Source: Myxococcota bacterium (GTDB lineage: Bacteria > Myxococcota_A > UBA796 > CAJQPC01). Taken from it: a stretch of 64,000 bases of DNA. Every line of letters starts with the position of its first letter. Positions within the stretch are counted from its first letter, which is position 1. The notes under the pieces are model-generated. The model was not told the DNA's origin and made no database searches. It saw only the letters and a program-made list of their open reading frames with translations. The stretch is taken from the NCBI GenBank assembly GCA_036229005.1, contig JAZAMN010000007.1:1-64000 (forward strand), read 5' to 3'. A program made the position numbers and the translations under genes. Shown here piece by piece: positions 18,162 to 27,899 of this stretch.

Positions 18162-19637
18162 TCACCACTGGGTGGCCCCCCACAGCACATAAGGGGCCCC
18201 CTGGCGCTCGATGACCACGCGGTGCTGGGTGAGGTCCGCCCCAGGCACGAAGTCCTGCCCCTGGATGTTCTCGATGGTGTAGCCCACCCTCCAGCGCCCG
18301 CCCCCGGGGGGCCGGTAGGTGACGTTCAGCTCGGCCCGCAGGCGCTGCTCGTCCTCAAGCCCGGTGAACAGGCTGTCGTTGAGGACCTCCAGCACCAGGG
18401 TGCGGCGCACGCGCTCGGCCTGCAGCTCCACGCCCCAGGTCCCCGGCTCGTAGCCAGCGCGCAGCCACAGCGTGTCCTGGTCGCCGCCGTTGGGGTGCCC
18501 CAGGTAGAGGCCGTCCTGGGTGAAGCCCTCGTGGTAGACGCGGTGCCCCTGGTACCAGCGGAAGTAGTCGTCGCGCAGGCGGGCCCACTCGGCGCCCACG
18601 ACCCAAGGCCCCGCGGAGAGCTCGGCCCCGACCAGGTTGGCGATGCCGGCCAACTGGGGGCTGGGCAGAGGCCCGATGGAGCCGATGATCAGGTCATCGC
18701 CGCCGTACTGGGTGTAGAGCTCCAGGTAGTCCAGGGGCCCCGGCAGCGGCAGGGTGAGGCGCGCGTCCAAGGCCGCGATCTCGTCCTGGTCGGGCTCGCT
18801 CCGGTCGGGGTCGTCGTAGACGTGCGGGTCCGTGGGCAGGAGGAGCTGCCCCAGGCTGGGCATGGGCCGTCCAGCGCCGCCAAAGAGCCCAAAGCGTGTC
18901 GCGCCGATCTCCAGCCAGCCCGTGGGCGCCCAGCGCAGGTCCATCAGCAGCACGCCGGGGTGGTCGACGTCTCCCCGCGGCCGCTGCAGCCACCCCGCCC
19001 CCACGTGGGCCCGCAAGGCCCCTGCCCTGCCCAGCTCTCCCTCGTAGGAGGCCTGCCCCATGGGGAAGGCCCGCGCGCTGTCCCCCAGCACCAGCGCCCC
19101 GTGCCGAGCCGGCCCGATGAACTGCCGCTCCATCCCGAAGCCCGCGCGCCAGGGTCCGTGCCGGAAGCCGCCGTAGGCCTCGCGGACGGGGAAGTAGAGC
19201 AGGAAGCTGGGGGCCTCGGACCAGATCTCCGTGACCACCCGGGCCTCGTACCAGGGGGTGTAGGCGACCAGCTCGGCCTGCGCGCGCAGCGAGACCAGGT
19301 CCTCCTCGATGTCGCCCAGAGTCCCCTGAGGTGCCGCGCCGCCGATCCCGGTCCAGGCGGTGGCCCGCAGACCCACGACGGGCTCCGAGAGCCGCTGCCT
19401 GCCCCCATCCAGCACCAGATCCTCGGGGTCATAGGTCCCGTAGAGGCGCACCCACTGGTCGTACCAGCCGTCTTGTGCAGGCGCGGAGAGGAGCTGGCTG
19501 GCCTGGTGCATGGGGCTACGGTCTGCACCGCCCAGGATCAGCGGCACCCCCTGACTGCGCAGCAGCCGGCTGTGGGTGTCGTCGAGGTGGGGGTCGGCTG
19601 GCGCGGACATCGCCAGACCACAGAGCAGGTGCAGCAC
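18162..19637 (-). CDS. wzi: Capsule assembly Wzi-family outer-membrane protein, 491 aa
   Basis: GMERQFIGPARHGALVLGDSARAFP matches the Wzi G.....WGP...G.L.LS.NA.P pattern; beta-strand rich; near wzc/wza. Confidence 0.75.
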   Translation of the reverse strand: MLHLLCGLAMSAPADPHLDDTHSRLLRSQGVPLILGGADRSPMHQASQLLSAPAQDGWYDQWVRLYGTYDPEDLVLDGGRQRLSEPVVGLRATAWTGIGGAAPQGTLGDIEEDLVSLRAQAELVAYTPWYEARVVTEIWSEAPSFLLYFPVREAYGGFRHGPWRAGFGMERQFIGPARHGALVLGDSARAFPMGQASYEGELGRAGALRAHVGAGWLQRPRGDVDHPGVLLMDLRWAPTGWLEIGATRFGLFGGAGRPMPSLGQLLLPTDPHVYDDPDRSEPDQDEIAALDARLTLPLPGPLDYLELYTQYGGDDLIIGSIGPLPSPQLAGIANLVGAELSAGPWVVGAEWARLRDDYFRWYQGHRVYHEGFTQDGLYLGHPNGGDQDTLWLRAGYEPGTWGVELQAERVRRTLVLEVLNDSLFTGLEDEQRLRAELNVTYRPPGGGRWRVGYTIENIQGQDFVPGADLTQHRVVIERQGAPYVLWGATQW

Positions 19638-19643
19638 GCCGGC

Positions 19644-19653
19644 AAGGTAGCAT
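19644..19653. promoter_or_regulatory. Overlapping bidirectional -10 elements (AAGGTAGCAT) for two divergent, probably leaderless genes
   Basis: TAGCAT lies 6 nt before ATG 19660 on +, and TACCTT lies 6 nt before GTG 19637 on -; no SD in the 22-bp gap. Confidence 0.55.
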
Positions 19654-19659
19654 CACGCC

Positions 19660-20676
19660 ATGCTCCTGGCCTGCCTCAGCGCCCTGGCGGCGGAGACTCC
19701 CCCCGCGGACCCGGTCCCGACCTGGGCCCGCCCCGTCCCCACCGCGCCCACGCCCCAGGTCCCCCACTACCTGGAGCGCCACCGCGAACTGCAGGTGCAG
19801 GTGAGCAGCGCGAAGCGGGCCAGCCCGGTCTTCCGCGAGCCCTGGAGCCAGCTCGAGGTCCACTACGCGCTGCAGGCGTGGTCCCAGGAGCCCCTGCCCC
19901 TGACGGTCGCCCAGCAGGAGCGCGCCCGCGACCTGGCCACCATCTCGGCGACCCTGGCCACCGAGGCGCTGCTCAACGAGACCATCGCCCGCTCGGAGTT
20001 CCTGTCGGGCGTCCAGCTCGGCCTGCGCACCCTCACCGGCCCCAGCGTGGAGCTGCGCCCCGGCCGAAGCCAGCGCGTGGTCGCCAACGGCCCGCCACCC
20101 AACCGCGTCCCCGACCTGCAGGCCGCGCGCCTGGACCTCCCCGTCAAGCGCAACCGCAAGCCCAGCCCCTCCCTGCGCCTGGGGGCCGGCAGCTCCCTGC
20201 GCACCGACGCCGACGCCCTCACCCTCCAGCCCGAGTCGTTGGCCTGGACCGGCTACCTGATCCTGCGTCAGATCGGCGTCGACGACCTGCGCCTGAACGT
20301 GGACCTGGTGCAGCTTCGCTTCCCGGGGCTGGGCGGCAGCAAGCGCTTCGGCGCCGACCCCGGGCTCTCCTGGCAGCTCAACGTGCGCAAGCGCCTGCAC
20401 CCCCGCGCCACCCTGAGCGTCGAGCTGCGCAGCGTGAGCAGCACCTGGTACCCCAAGCAGGCCCGCTGCAGCCTGAACCTCACCCCCTACGACGCCGACC
20501 CGCGCTGGGTGCTGCGCGCCGGGGTGCGCTACGACTTCCCAAGCCCCAAGGCCACCGCCAGCCTCACCCCCGAGCTGGCCCTGCAGTGGAACGGCCCCTG
20601 GCGCGCCCCCAACGACCCCAGCCGCTGGCCCCTGGGCGCCCAGGTGGGCAAGCCCGAGGCGTGGTGGACCGGCTGA
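19660..20676 (+). CDS. Hypothetical exported protein with beta-strand-rich C-terminal half, 338 aa
   Basis: Short signal peptide, Pro-rich linker, amphipathic strands (LSWQLNVRKRL, WVLRAGVRYDF, LALQW). Confidence 0.65.
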   Translation: MLLACLSALAAETPPADPVPTWARPVPTAPTPQVPHYLERHRELQVQVSSAKRASPVFREPWSQLEVHYALQAWSQEPLPLTVAQQERARDLATISATLATEALLNETIARSEFLSGVQLGLRTLTGPSVELRPGRSQRVVANGPPPNRVPDLQAARLDLPVKRNRKPSPSLRLGAGSSLRTDADALTLQPESLAWTGYLILRQIGVDDLRLNVDLVQLRFPGLGGSKRFGADPGLSWQLNVRKRLHPRATLSVELRSVSSTWYPKQARCSLNLTPYDADPRWVLRAGVRYDFPSPKATASLTPELALQWNGPWRAPNDPSRWPLGAQVGKPEAWWTG

Positions 20677-20703
20677 CCCTCCACGGGCTCCGCTTTTGGA
20701 GGC

Positions 20704-20881
20704 CTAGTTCTGCCGGTCCGAAGTCACAACACGGAAGAGTCCGGCAGAACGCCGGGCCCGAGTGGGACCGCGGGGGTGCGCCGGAGGCGCATTCCGGGGG
20801 TGTCCCCCGGAGAAGACAATAGTTCTCTGAGCCGCAAGTCCCGACACCAAGGGTGTTGGGACATGCGATTCGGAGAACTAG
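20704..20881. repeat. Palindrome-rich intergenic element bounded by CTAGTTCT...AGAACTAG (REP/MITE-like or structured RNA)
   Basis: Stem-loops at 20707-20750, 20777-20791, 20793-20811 and a 29-bp imperfect stem at 20820-20880. Confidence 0.6.
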
Positions 20882-21540
20882 CCCGGAGGCCAGGCGACCT
20901 TCTGCGACTTGGGCGGCGGCGTGCGGTCCTTGCGCAGGGGCGGCGCGTCGCTGGGCGCAGCGGGCTCCGGGGTCTCGGGGGCCTCCTGCTCGGTGGGCGT
21001 GGGCTCCTGGGGCGTCTCCGGCGCGCTGACCTGGGCGGCCGGAGCGTCTCCGATCTCGCGCAGGGCCTGCCCGGCGTTGTAGGCCACGTAGGGGTCCCGG
21101 TGGTCCACGAGCCGCGCCAGCAGCGGGATGGCGACGGGGTCTCCGATCTCCCCCAGGGCCCAGATGCCGTTCAGCTCCGGGCGCTCCTGCTCCGACAGCC
21201 AGTCGATCAGGGGCTGGGCCCCCGCGGGGTCGGCGAGCTGCCCCAGGGTCTCCGCTGCGGCCACCTGGACGCTGTGCTCGGGGTCGGACAGGGCCTCCGC
21301 GACCTGCGGCACCACGCTGAGGTCCCCCTGCTCGGCCAGAGCCTCGAGGGCCTTCACGCGCAGCGCCGGGGAGGGGTCGGAGAGGCCAGTGACCAGGGCG
21401 GCCGACACTTGTGGGTCCACCACCTTGCGGGCCAGATCCAGCATATCGGATCGCACCGCTGGGTTCGGCGAGGACAGGCCGGTGGCGACCACCTTGGGGT
21501 CCGGTCCGCAGGCCAGCAGCAGGCTGAGCAGCAGCATCAC
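20878..21540 (-). CDS. HEAT-repeat lipoprotein with Pro-rich tail, about 220 aa
   Basis: Lipobox LLAC; repeated L.DP...VR..A...LG.. units; start overlaps the wzc stop. Confidence 0.85.
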   Translation of the reverse strand: MMLLLSLLLACGPDPKVVATGLSSPNPAVRSDMLDLARKVVDPQVSAALVTGLSDPSPALRVKALEALAEQGDLSVVPQVAEALSDPEHSVQVAAAETLGQLADPAGAQPLIDWLSEQERPELNGIWALGEIGDPVAIPLLARLVDHRDPYVAYNAGQALREIGDAPAAQVSAPETPQEPTPTEQEAPETPEPAAPSDAPPLRKDRTPPPKSQKVAWPPG

Positions 21541-23627
21541 GCGGCCCCCGTGTTGCCGTAGGCCTTGTAGGCCTTGGCGTAGGCCTTGTACTGCGGGCCC
21601 TGGAAGTCCACCTTGTTGAGCACCAGGCCCACCGGCTGGAGCTCATGGGCGGCCAGGCGCTGGCGGGTGTCCTCGACGATCCGGCGCGAGGTCTGCCCGG
21701 ACTCGACGACCACCACCATCGCGCCCACCATCTGGGCCACCAGCAGCGCGTCGTTGACGACCAGCGCGGGGGGCACGTCCACCAGCACGAAGTCGTAGTC
21801 CCGGGACAGCTCCAGCAGGAGCTGCCGCAGGCGCAGGCTCTCGACCAGGGAGCCCGGGTTGGGCGGGATGGGCCCGGAGCTGAGCAGGGAGAGGCCCTCG
21901 ACGCCGGTCTGCTGGATGGCCTTGTCCGCGCTCTCCTTGCCCAGGAGCACCTGGGTGAGGCCCACCCGGTTGTCGGCCGAGGCCCAGAAGCTGTGCTGGG
22001 TGGGGCGGCGCAGGTCGCAGTCCACGATCAGCGTGCGGAGGCCCTCGCGGGCCAGGGACACGCCCAGGTTGGCGACCACCGTGCTCTTGCCCTCCCCCGG
22101 CAGGGAGGAGGTCACGCAGAGGGCCTTGTGCTGGCTGTCCACCTCGGCGAACTGGATGGCCGAGCGCAGGGTGCGGAAGGCCTCGGCCACGGGGTCCGTG
22201 GGCGACAGGTCCGCGATGGAGGTCCCCACCCCGGCCTTGTAGCGGGGCAGGCTGGCCAGCAGCGGCTCGTCGAAGATCTCCTGGAGCTCGGAGGGCTCGC
22301 GCACGGAGTCGTCGATGTACTCGAAGAGGAACACCAGCCCCAGCCCCACCAGGATGCCCAGGCCCATGCCGGTCACCAGGTTGACCACCAGCTTGGGGCT
22401 CTTGTGGCGGTCCGGGCGGGTGGCGGGCTCGATGAACTGGATGGGCGAGGCCGTCATCGCCTCGGCCACGGCGATCTGGTAGCTCTGGGACTGCAGCGAG
22501 GTGTAGACCTCCTCTGCGGCGGTGGCGGCCAGCTCGAGCTGGGAGAGGCGGCGCATCTTGTCCGGGTACTGCGAGAAGGTCTCGGTGGTGCGCTCGATGG
22601 CGGCCTGGATGGCCGCGGTGCGGTCCTGCAGACCCGCGGACTCGACCTGGAGCTGCACCAGGGTGGGGTCCATGCCGTGCTGCTGCGCCAGCAGGCTGCC
22701 CAGCTCCTGCTCCAGGGCTTCGATCTGCTCGTCCAGCTTGATGACGTCGGGGTGCCGCTCGGTCAGATCCAGCAGCAGGGCCACCCGGCGCATGCGCAGC
22801 TCGGTCATGTCCTCGCGCAGGCCCCGCAGCTCCGAGTTCTCGGCCATCGTGGCCGGCGAGATCCAGTCGACCTCCTCCTGGCCCTGCAGGCTGCGCAGCT
22901 CGGCGATCTGGGCGTTGACCTCGCTCAGGCGGCCCGTGGTCTCCTCGGACATGAGCATCAGCTCGCTCAAGCGGCTCACCGCCGACCGGACCTCGGAGTC
23001 CAGGTCGATGATGCGCTCCTGCTCCTGCACGTCCGCGATGTCCGACAGGGCGCGGTCGAACTCGCCCTGGACGATCTCAAGCCGCCCCTCCACGAAGTCG
23101 CGGGCCTCGCGGGTCTCCCGCTGGCTGCGCTCCTGGGTCTCGGAGATGTAGACCTGGGCCAGGGTGTCGGCCATGAGCTGGGAGGTCAGCGGGTCGTCCG
23201 AGCTCACCACGATCTGCACGAGATCGGTGCTCTGGTGCTGCCGCACCTCGATGTGGGGGGTGATCTCGGTGGCCAGCAGCGGGGGGTCCACCAGCAGCTT
23301 GTCCGGCGGCAGCAGCGCGCCGTCCGAGTCCCGGAGCTGCAGGCGCCAGATGAGCTCCTCCAGCAGTGGCCGGGTGGTCATCAGGGCGATGTGGTTCTGG
23401 ATGTCGTCGCTCTCACCGCTGAGCCCGACCGCCAGCTCCTGCAGCCCGAGATCCGAGAGCACCGCCGAGGTCGCGTCGGAGCTGGAGACCATCAGCCGGG
23501 CCGTGGTCTCGTACTCCTTGGGCAACAGCCATGCGGAGAGCCCACCGGCCACCGTGAACAACACGACGGCCTGGACCAGCAACCACAGACGACGGCGCAG
23601 GGCCGCCAGCAGGCGAATCAACTCCAT
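21537..23627 (-). CDS. wzc: Polysaccharide co-polymerase / tyrosine autokinase, 696 aa
   Basis: Wzz-like N-terminus, coiled coil, second TM, Walker A SSLPGEGKS, DCDLRRP, VDVPP, Tyr tail YKAYAKAYKAY. Confidence 0.92.
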   Translation of the reverse strand: MELIRLLAALRRRLWLLVQAVVLFTVAGGLSAWLLPKEYETTARLMVSSSDATSAVLSDLGLQELAVGLSGESDDIQNHIALMTTRPLLEELIWRLQLRDSDGALLPPDKLLVDPPLLATEITPHIEVRQHQSTDLVQIVVSSDDPLTSQLMADTLAQVYISETQERSQRETREARDFVEGRLEIVQGEFDRALSDIADVQEQERIIDLDSEVRSAVSRLSELMLMSEETTGRLSEVNAQIAELRSLQGQEEVDWISPATMAENSELRGLREDMTELRMRRVALLLDLTERHPDVIKLDEQIEALEQELGSLLAQQHGMDPTLVQLQVESAGLQDRTAAIQAAIERTTETFSQYPDKMRRLSQLELAATAAEEVYTSLQSQSYQIAVAEAMTASPIQFIEPATRPDRHKSPKLVVNLVTGMGLGILVGLGLVFLFEYIDDSVREPSELQEIFDEPLLASLPRYKAGVGTSIADLSPTDPVAEAFRTLRSAIQFAEVDSQHKALCVTSSLPGEGKSTVVANLGVSLAREGLRTLIVDCDLRRPTQHSFWASADNRVGLTQVLLGKESADKAIQQTGVEGLSLLSSGPIPPNPGSLVESLRLRQLLLELSRDYDFVLVDVPPALVVNDALLVAQMVGAMVVVVESGQTSRRIVEDTRQRLAAHELQPVGLVLNKVDFQGPQYKAYAKAYKAYGNTGAA

Positions 23628-23676
23628 TGGGGCGGGACCTTAACCCGGGACCGGCCGGCCATGTCGGCGCGGGGCA

Positions 23677-25122
23677 TCAGCGGGCCCCCCTACCCCGCAG
23701 CACGGCCGGGATGGTCTGGAGCAGGATCTTGAGGTCCAGCCAGGGGCTCCAGCGCTGCACGTAGGCGATGTCCAGGCGCACCATCTCCTGAAAACCAAGG
23801 TCCGATCGCCCCAACACCTGCCACAACCCAGTGATGCCGGGGTGCACCTGGTGGCGCAGCTCGAACCAGTAGGCGAGCTCCGGCTCCCCCTCGATCCCCT
23901 CCAGGTCCCGCGTGGGCAGGGGCCGTGGCCCGACCAGGTTCATGTCCCCCACCAGCACGTTCCAGAACTGCGGGAACTCGTCCAGGCTGGTCACGCGGAT
24001 CAGGCGGCCGACGCGGGTGATGCGCGGATCGTGGGTCATCTTGAACAGAGGCCCCTCGGCCTCGTTCTGCTCCTGCAGCGCGTCCTTCTGGCGGTCGGCG
24101 TCCACCACCATGGAGCGGAACTTGTAGAAAGAGAAGGTGCGCCCTCCCTTTCCGACCCGCGGAGACGCGTAGAGCACCGGTCCAGGCGAGTCCAGCTTGA
24201 TGGCGATGGCGACCAGCAGGAACAGGGGCCAGAGGAAGAGGAAACCCAGCAAGACCAACAGGATGTCCACCGCCCGCTTGAGGAAGGCGACCGGCCCGGG
24301 GTAGCTGACCCGGGACAGGTCGATGAGCTGCAGCTCCCCCAGCTCCGCGACCTCCAGGCGCGGGGAGACGATCCCCCAGGTGAAGGGGACCTGAAGCACC
24401 CGGATCCCCATCTGCGCGCAGCGGGTGGTCAGGGCCAGGGCCTCCTGACGGGAGAGCCCCCGGGCGGCCAGGACGATGGTCTCCAGCTTGTGCTCGTTGA
24501 TGATCTCGCGCAGCGCGGCGCTCTGGCCCAGGATGTCCTCGCCGGGGACCTGAGCGTCCTCGCCTTCGGGGGCCACGAAGCCCTGGAGGTGAAAGGCCCG
24601 GCGTCCCTCCCTACGCAGCCGCTCTGCCATCAGGACCGCGTCCTCTCCGACGCCGAAGATGGCGACCCGCTCGGCCGCGAGCTGCGCCCCACCCCGGGCC
24701 TGGATCCACAGCAGCGCGCTGCGCCACAGAGAGAGCGCCACAAAGCCGGTGCCCACCCACCCCAGGAGCAGGACGCGGGACCAGCGGCGGGCTTCGGGGA
24801 GGATCAGGTGCAGCAGAGATGCCAGGACCAACACCCCGACAGCCGCAGCGCTCAGCCCCCCCAGCGATCGAACCACCGTCGAGGCACGGGTCGGGTCGTA
24901 GAGCCCCTGCTGCCGCATCAAGAGCAGCCACCCCAGCATCAGCAGGATGGCGGGCGGCATGAAGGGGTTGTGCAGCCAGAGCTCGTGGTAGCGGACCTGG
25001 AGGAGCTGCTCCATGACGGGCCGCCAGAGGATCCACAGCCGCCAGGCCAGGGCCAGGGCCCCCGCGAGCACGGCGACGTCGGCCAGCGCAACGCCGAGGC
25101 GGATCCAGCGGGTGCGGTGCAT
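23677..25122 (-). CDS. Polyprenyl-phosphate sugar phosphotransferase (WcaJ/WbaP-type priming transferase), 481 aa
   Basis: Four N-terminal TMs, CoA-binding-like domain, KFRSM, DPRIT, SLDEFPQ, LVGPRP, PGITG. Confidence 0.92.
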   Translation of the reverse strand: MHRTRWIRLGVALADVAVLAGALALAWRLWILWRPVMEQLLQVRYHELWLHNPFMPPAILLMLGWLLLMRQQGLYDPTRASTVVRSLGGLSAAAVGVLVLASLLHLILPEARRWSRVLLLGWVGTGFVALSLWRSALLWIQARGGAQLAAERVAIFGVGEDAVLMAERLRREGRRAFHLQGFVAPEGEDAQVPGEDILGQSAALREIINEHKLETIVLAARGLSRQEALALTTRCAQMGIRVLQVPFTWGIVSPRLEVAELGELQLIDLSRVSYPGPVAFLKRAVDILLVLLGFLFLWPLFLLVAIAIKLDSPGPVLYASPRVGKGGRTFSFYKFRSMVVDADRQKDALQEQNEAEGPLFKMTHDPRITRVGRLIRVTSLDEFPQFWNVLVGDMNLVGPRPLPTRDLEGIEGEPELAYWFELRHQVHPGITGLWQVLGRSDLGFQEMVRLDIAYVQRWSPWLDLKILLQTIPAVLRGRGAR

Positions 25123-25128
25123 GGGCCC

Positions 25129-25863
25129 CTACTGGGACAGGATGATGCTCGTGCCCTGGGCGCCGCCGCTGACGGCGTTGCGGTAGACCGCGGACCCGCT
25201 GACGAAGGGCGCGAGCACCGACTGCAGGCGCTTGAAGAAGCGCTCGACGTTGGTGATGGTCTTGGTGGGCACGTAGACGATGTCGCCCTGCTGCAGGTAG
25301 ACCATCTGGGCCATCTCGCCGCGCCCGTAGATGGCGGCCACGTCGATCAGGTAGAGCTCAGGTTCGCCGCTGACATCGCCCCGGATGAGCAGCACGTTGT
25401 CGGTGCGCGCGTTGGGGTTGATGCCGCCGGCGCGGACCATGGCCTCCAGCACGCTCATGTCGCCCTCGAGCTGGAGCACGGCGGGGTTGCTGACCTCGCC
25501 CAGGACGTAGACCTTCTGGCTGGAGAGGGCCACGACGTTCACGGCGACCTGGGGGTCCCGGTAGTACTCGGCCAGGCTGGACTCCAGGATGTCCACCAGC
25601 TCGGGGTAGGTCAGCCCGGCGACCTGGATGTGCCCGACGATCGGGAAGGTGATGCGGCCATCGGGGGCGATGGTCACGGTCATGTCCAGCTCGGGGGCCT
25701 TCCAGACCTTGATGTCGAAGCTGTCCCCTGGCCCGAACACGAAGTCCTGGGCGGCCGGCGCGCGCAGCTCGGGGACGTCCTCGGCGGACTGGACCTCGAC
25801 CTGGCCGGAGCGGGCGGCGCAGCCGAAGGTGAAGAGCAAGAGCGAGAGCAGCGCGGTCAACAT
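25129..25863 (-). CDS. wza: Polysaccharide export (OPX/Wza-family) lipoprotein, 244 aa
   Basis: Lipobox TFGC; Poly_export motif GPGD...V.PDGRITFPIVG.I.VAG.T; SLBB domain; C-terminal amphipathic helix. Confidence 0.88.
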   Translation of the reverse strand: MLTALLSLLLFTFGCAARSGQVEVQSAEDVPELRAPAAQDFVFGPGDSFDIKVWKAPELDMTVTIAPDGRITFPIVGHIQVAGLTYPELVDILESSLAEYYRDPQVAVNVVALSSQKVYVLGEVSNPAVLQLEGDMSVLEAMVRAGGINPNARTDNVLLIRGDVSGEPELYLIDVAAIYGRGEMAQMVYLQQGDIVYVPTKTITNVERFFKRLQSVLAPFVSGSAVYRNAVSGGAQGTSIILSQ

Positions 25864-25945
25864 GCTGCCGAGGTACCCCAGCTCGGCAGGGCTCGTCAAC
25901 CACGACGGCATCCGGTACACTGCGAGGCTGTCACCAAGAGCCCAA

Positions 25946-27160
25946 ATGTCCGCACTGTCCAAGTACCTCCTCCGCTCCGGGAGCGGCCTGTCCCTCCTGC
26001 TCCTGACGGCTTGTGGTCTGACCACCTACCCGGACACCGCGCTGACCTCTGGGGACGACTCCGGGGCCGAAGGTGACGCCGACACCGACGCGGACGCCGA
26101 CGGGGACAGCGACGCGGACGCGGACGGCGACTCGGACTCGGACAGCGACGCGGACGGCGACGCGGACATCAGCATCACCTCCATCTCGCCCCAGTACGGC
26201 ACGACGGCGGGTGGCGAGAGCGTCGTCTTGATCGGGGAGTTCGGGTCTTCGCAAGGTGCGGTGCTCTTTGGCGACCAGACCGGCTCCGTGACCTCCTGGG
26301 GCCCGAGCGCCATCGAGGTGCTCACCCCCTCCCAGTCCACCGCCGGGCTGGTCGACGTGACCGTCACCGCCAGCGGGGGCAGCCACACCGAGACCGAGGC
26401 CTTCGTGGTCTACGAGGACGCCACCGGAATGGCCTCCGTCCTGGGTGCGATCGGCTGGTGGGACTACAACGAGAACGTGTTCACCTCCGGCCTGGACGAG
26501 GGCACGGCCGCGGTGTTCATGAACGTGCCCCTGGACTTCCACTGGTGGGAGCTCTACAGCGCCAGCGCCGACTCCTGCGCGGACAACTTCAGCAGCTCCA
26601 AGGGCCTGTCCGTCTACACCGACCTGGACGTTGCCAGTATGTCCCTGAGCAGCGGCGGCAAGACCATCACCCTGCCCTGGGACAGCACCAACAACCGCTG
26701 GTACGGCGAGTACACCCAGGCCGCGCTGGTGCAGGGCGGACAGTACGACCTGCCCACGGTCAGCTCGGCGGTCTACCCCAGCTTCTCCATCACCGACGCG
26801 GCCCGCGGGCCCAAGGCCTTCACGGTCACCAGCCCCTCGATGGTCTCCGGCAGCCTGGCCTACCTCTCCCGCAGCCAGCTCAACTTCTCCTGGACCGCCA
26901 GCGGGGCCGACGCCATCCTCATCAACGTGCTGGTCACCAGCAGCGACGGCGCGACGACCTACCACGACGTCACCTGCTGGGCGCGCAACGACGGCAGCTT
27001 CACCGTGCCCGCCGGCCTCTTCCCCAACTGGGGCTCCGACCGGGTCGCCTACCTGGTGATCGGCGCGGCCACCGAGGGAACCGGCGTGAACCCCGTGGAC
27101 AACGGCGACTCCCGGATCGCGGGGGTCTACTGGCGCATCGGCGCGGCCTACACCCAGTAG
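25946..27160 (+). CDS. Lipoprotein with DxD acidic linker and IPT/TIG domain, 404 aa
   Basis: Lipobox LTAC; DADTDADAD... linker (26075-26167); ITSISPQYGTTAGGESVVLIG. Confidence 0.8.
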   Translation: MSALSKYLLRSGSGLSLLLLTACGLTTYPDTALTSGDDSGAEGDADTDADADGDSDADADGDSDSDSDADGDADISITSISPQYGTTAGGESVVLIGEFGSSQGAVLFGDQTGSVTSWGPSAIEVLTPSQSTAGLVDVTVTASGGSHTETEAFVVYEDATGMASVLGAIGWWDYNENVFTSGLDEGTAAVFMNVPLDFHWWELYSASADSCADNFSSSKGLSVYTDLDVASMSLSSGGKTITLPWDSTNNRWYGEYTQAALVQGGQYDLPTVSSAVYPSFSITDAARGPKAFTVTSPSMVSGSLAYLSRSQLNFSWTASGADAILINVLVTSSDGATTYHDVTCWARNDGSFTVPAGLFPNWGSDRVAYLVIGAATEGTGVNPVDNGDSRIAGVYWRIGAAYTQ

Positions 27161-27167
27161 GGGCTCC

Positions 27168-27899
27168 GTGAGCGAGCGCATCGAACTGCTCGGCCTGCCT
27201 GTCGATGTCCTCGACCGGGCCGGGATGCTGACCAAGGTCCAGGCCTACGTGGATGCCGGCGAACGCCGGACGGTGGGCTACCTGAACATCCACGTGGCCA
27301 ACCAGGCCGCCTCCTCCCCTCCCCTGCAGCGCTTCCTGCGCAGCGTGGACCTCTGCTACGCCGACGGCCAGGGCATCGTGCTGGGTGCCCGGCTCCAGGG
27401 CAAGCACCTGCCGGAGCGGATGACGGGGGCGGACTGGATCTGGGACCTGGCCACCTTGGCCCAACAACGGGGCTGGACGCTGGCCTGGATCGGTGGAGAA
27501 CCGGGTGTCAGCGAGGACGCCGGTGCTGCATTGGCCGCCCGCTATCCAGGGCTTCGGGTGCACGCCGAGCACGGCTACCACAGCGCCGAGCAGGTCCCGG
27601 AGATGCTGGCGCGGGTCAACGCGGCCCGCCCGCAGATCGTGCTCGTCGGGATGGGGACCCCCAAGCAGGAGCTGTGGACGGCGCGCTGGCGGGATCACCT
27701 GGACGCGCCGGTGGTGTGGTGCCTGGGGGCGACCGCCGATTTTGTGAGCGGCAAGACCGACCGAGGGCCCACCTGGCTAAACCAGAACCAGGAGTGGCTG
27801 GCCCGGCTGATCACCGAGCCCAAGCGGCTCTGGCGGCGCTACCTTCTTGGCAACCCGCTGTTCATTGCGCGGGTGATTCGGGAGCGGCTGCGGGGTTGA
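27168..27899 (+). CDS. WecB/TagA/CpsF family glycosyltransferase (GT26), 243 aa
   Basis: YADGQG, ERMTGAD, VGMGTPKQE, LGATADF, EWLARL..EPKRLWRRY. Confidence 0.92.
   Translation: MSERIELLGLPVDVLDRAGMLTKVQAYVDAGERRTVGYLNIHVANQAASSPPLQRFLRSVDLCYADGQGIVLGARLQGKHLPERMTGADWIWDLATLAQQRGWTLAWIGGEPGVSEDAGAALAARYPGLRVHAEHGYHSAEQVPEMLARVNAARPQIVLVGMGTPKQELWTARWRDHLDAPVVWCLGATADFVSGKTDRGPTWLNQNQEWLARLITEPKRLWRRYLLGNPLFIARVIRERLRG

Noticed and set aside
26075..26167. DxD-coding repeats (also 62100-62174) as DNA-level elements
   Set aside because: In-frame low-complexity acidic linkers with synonymous variation; a protein-level feature.
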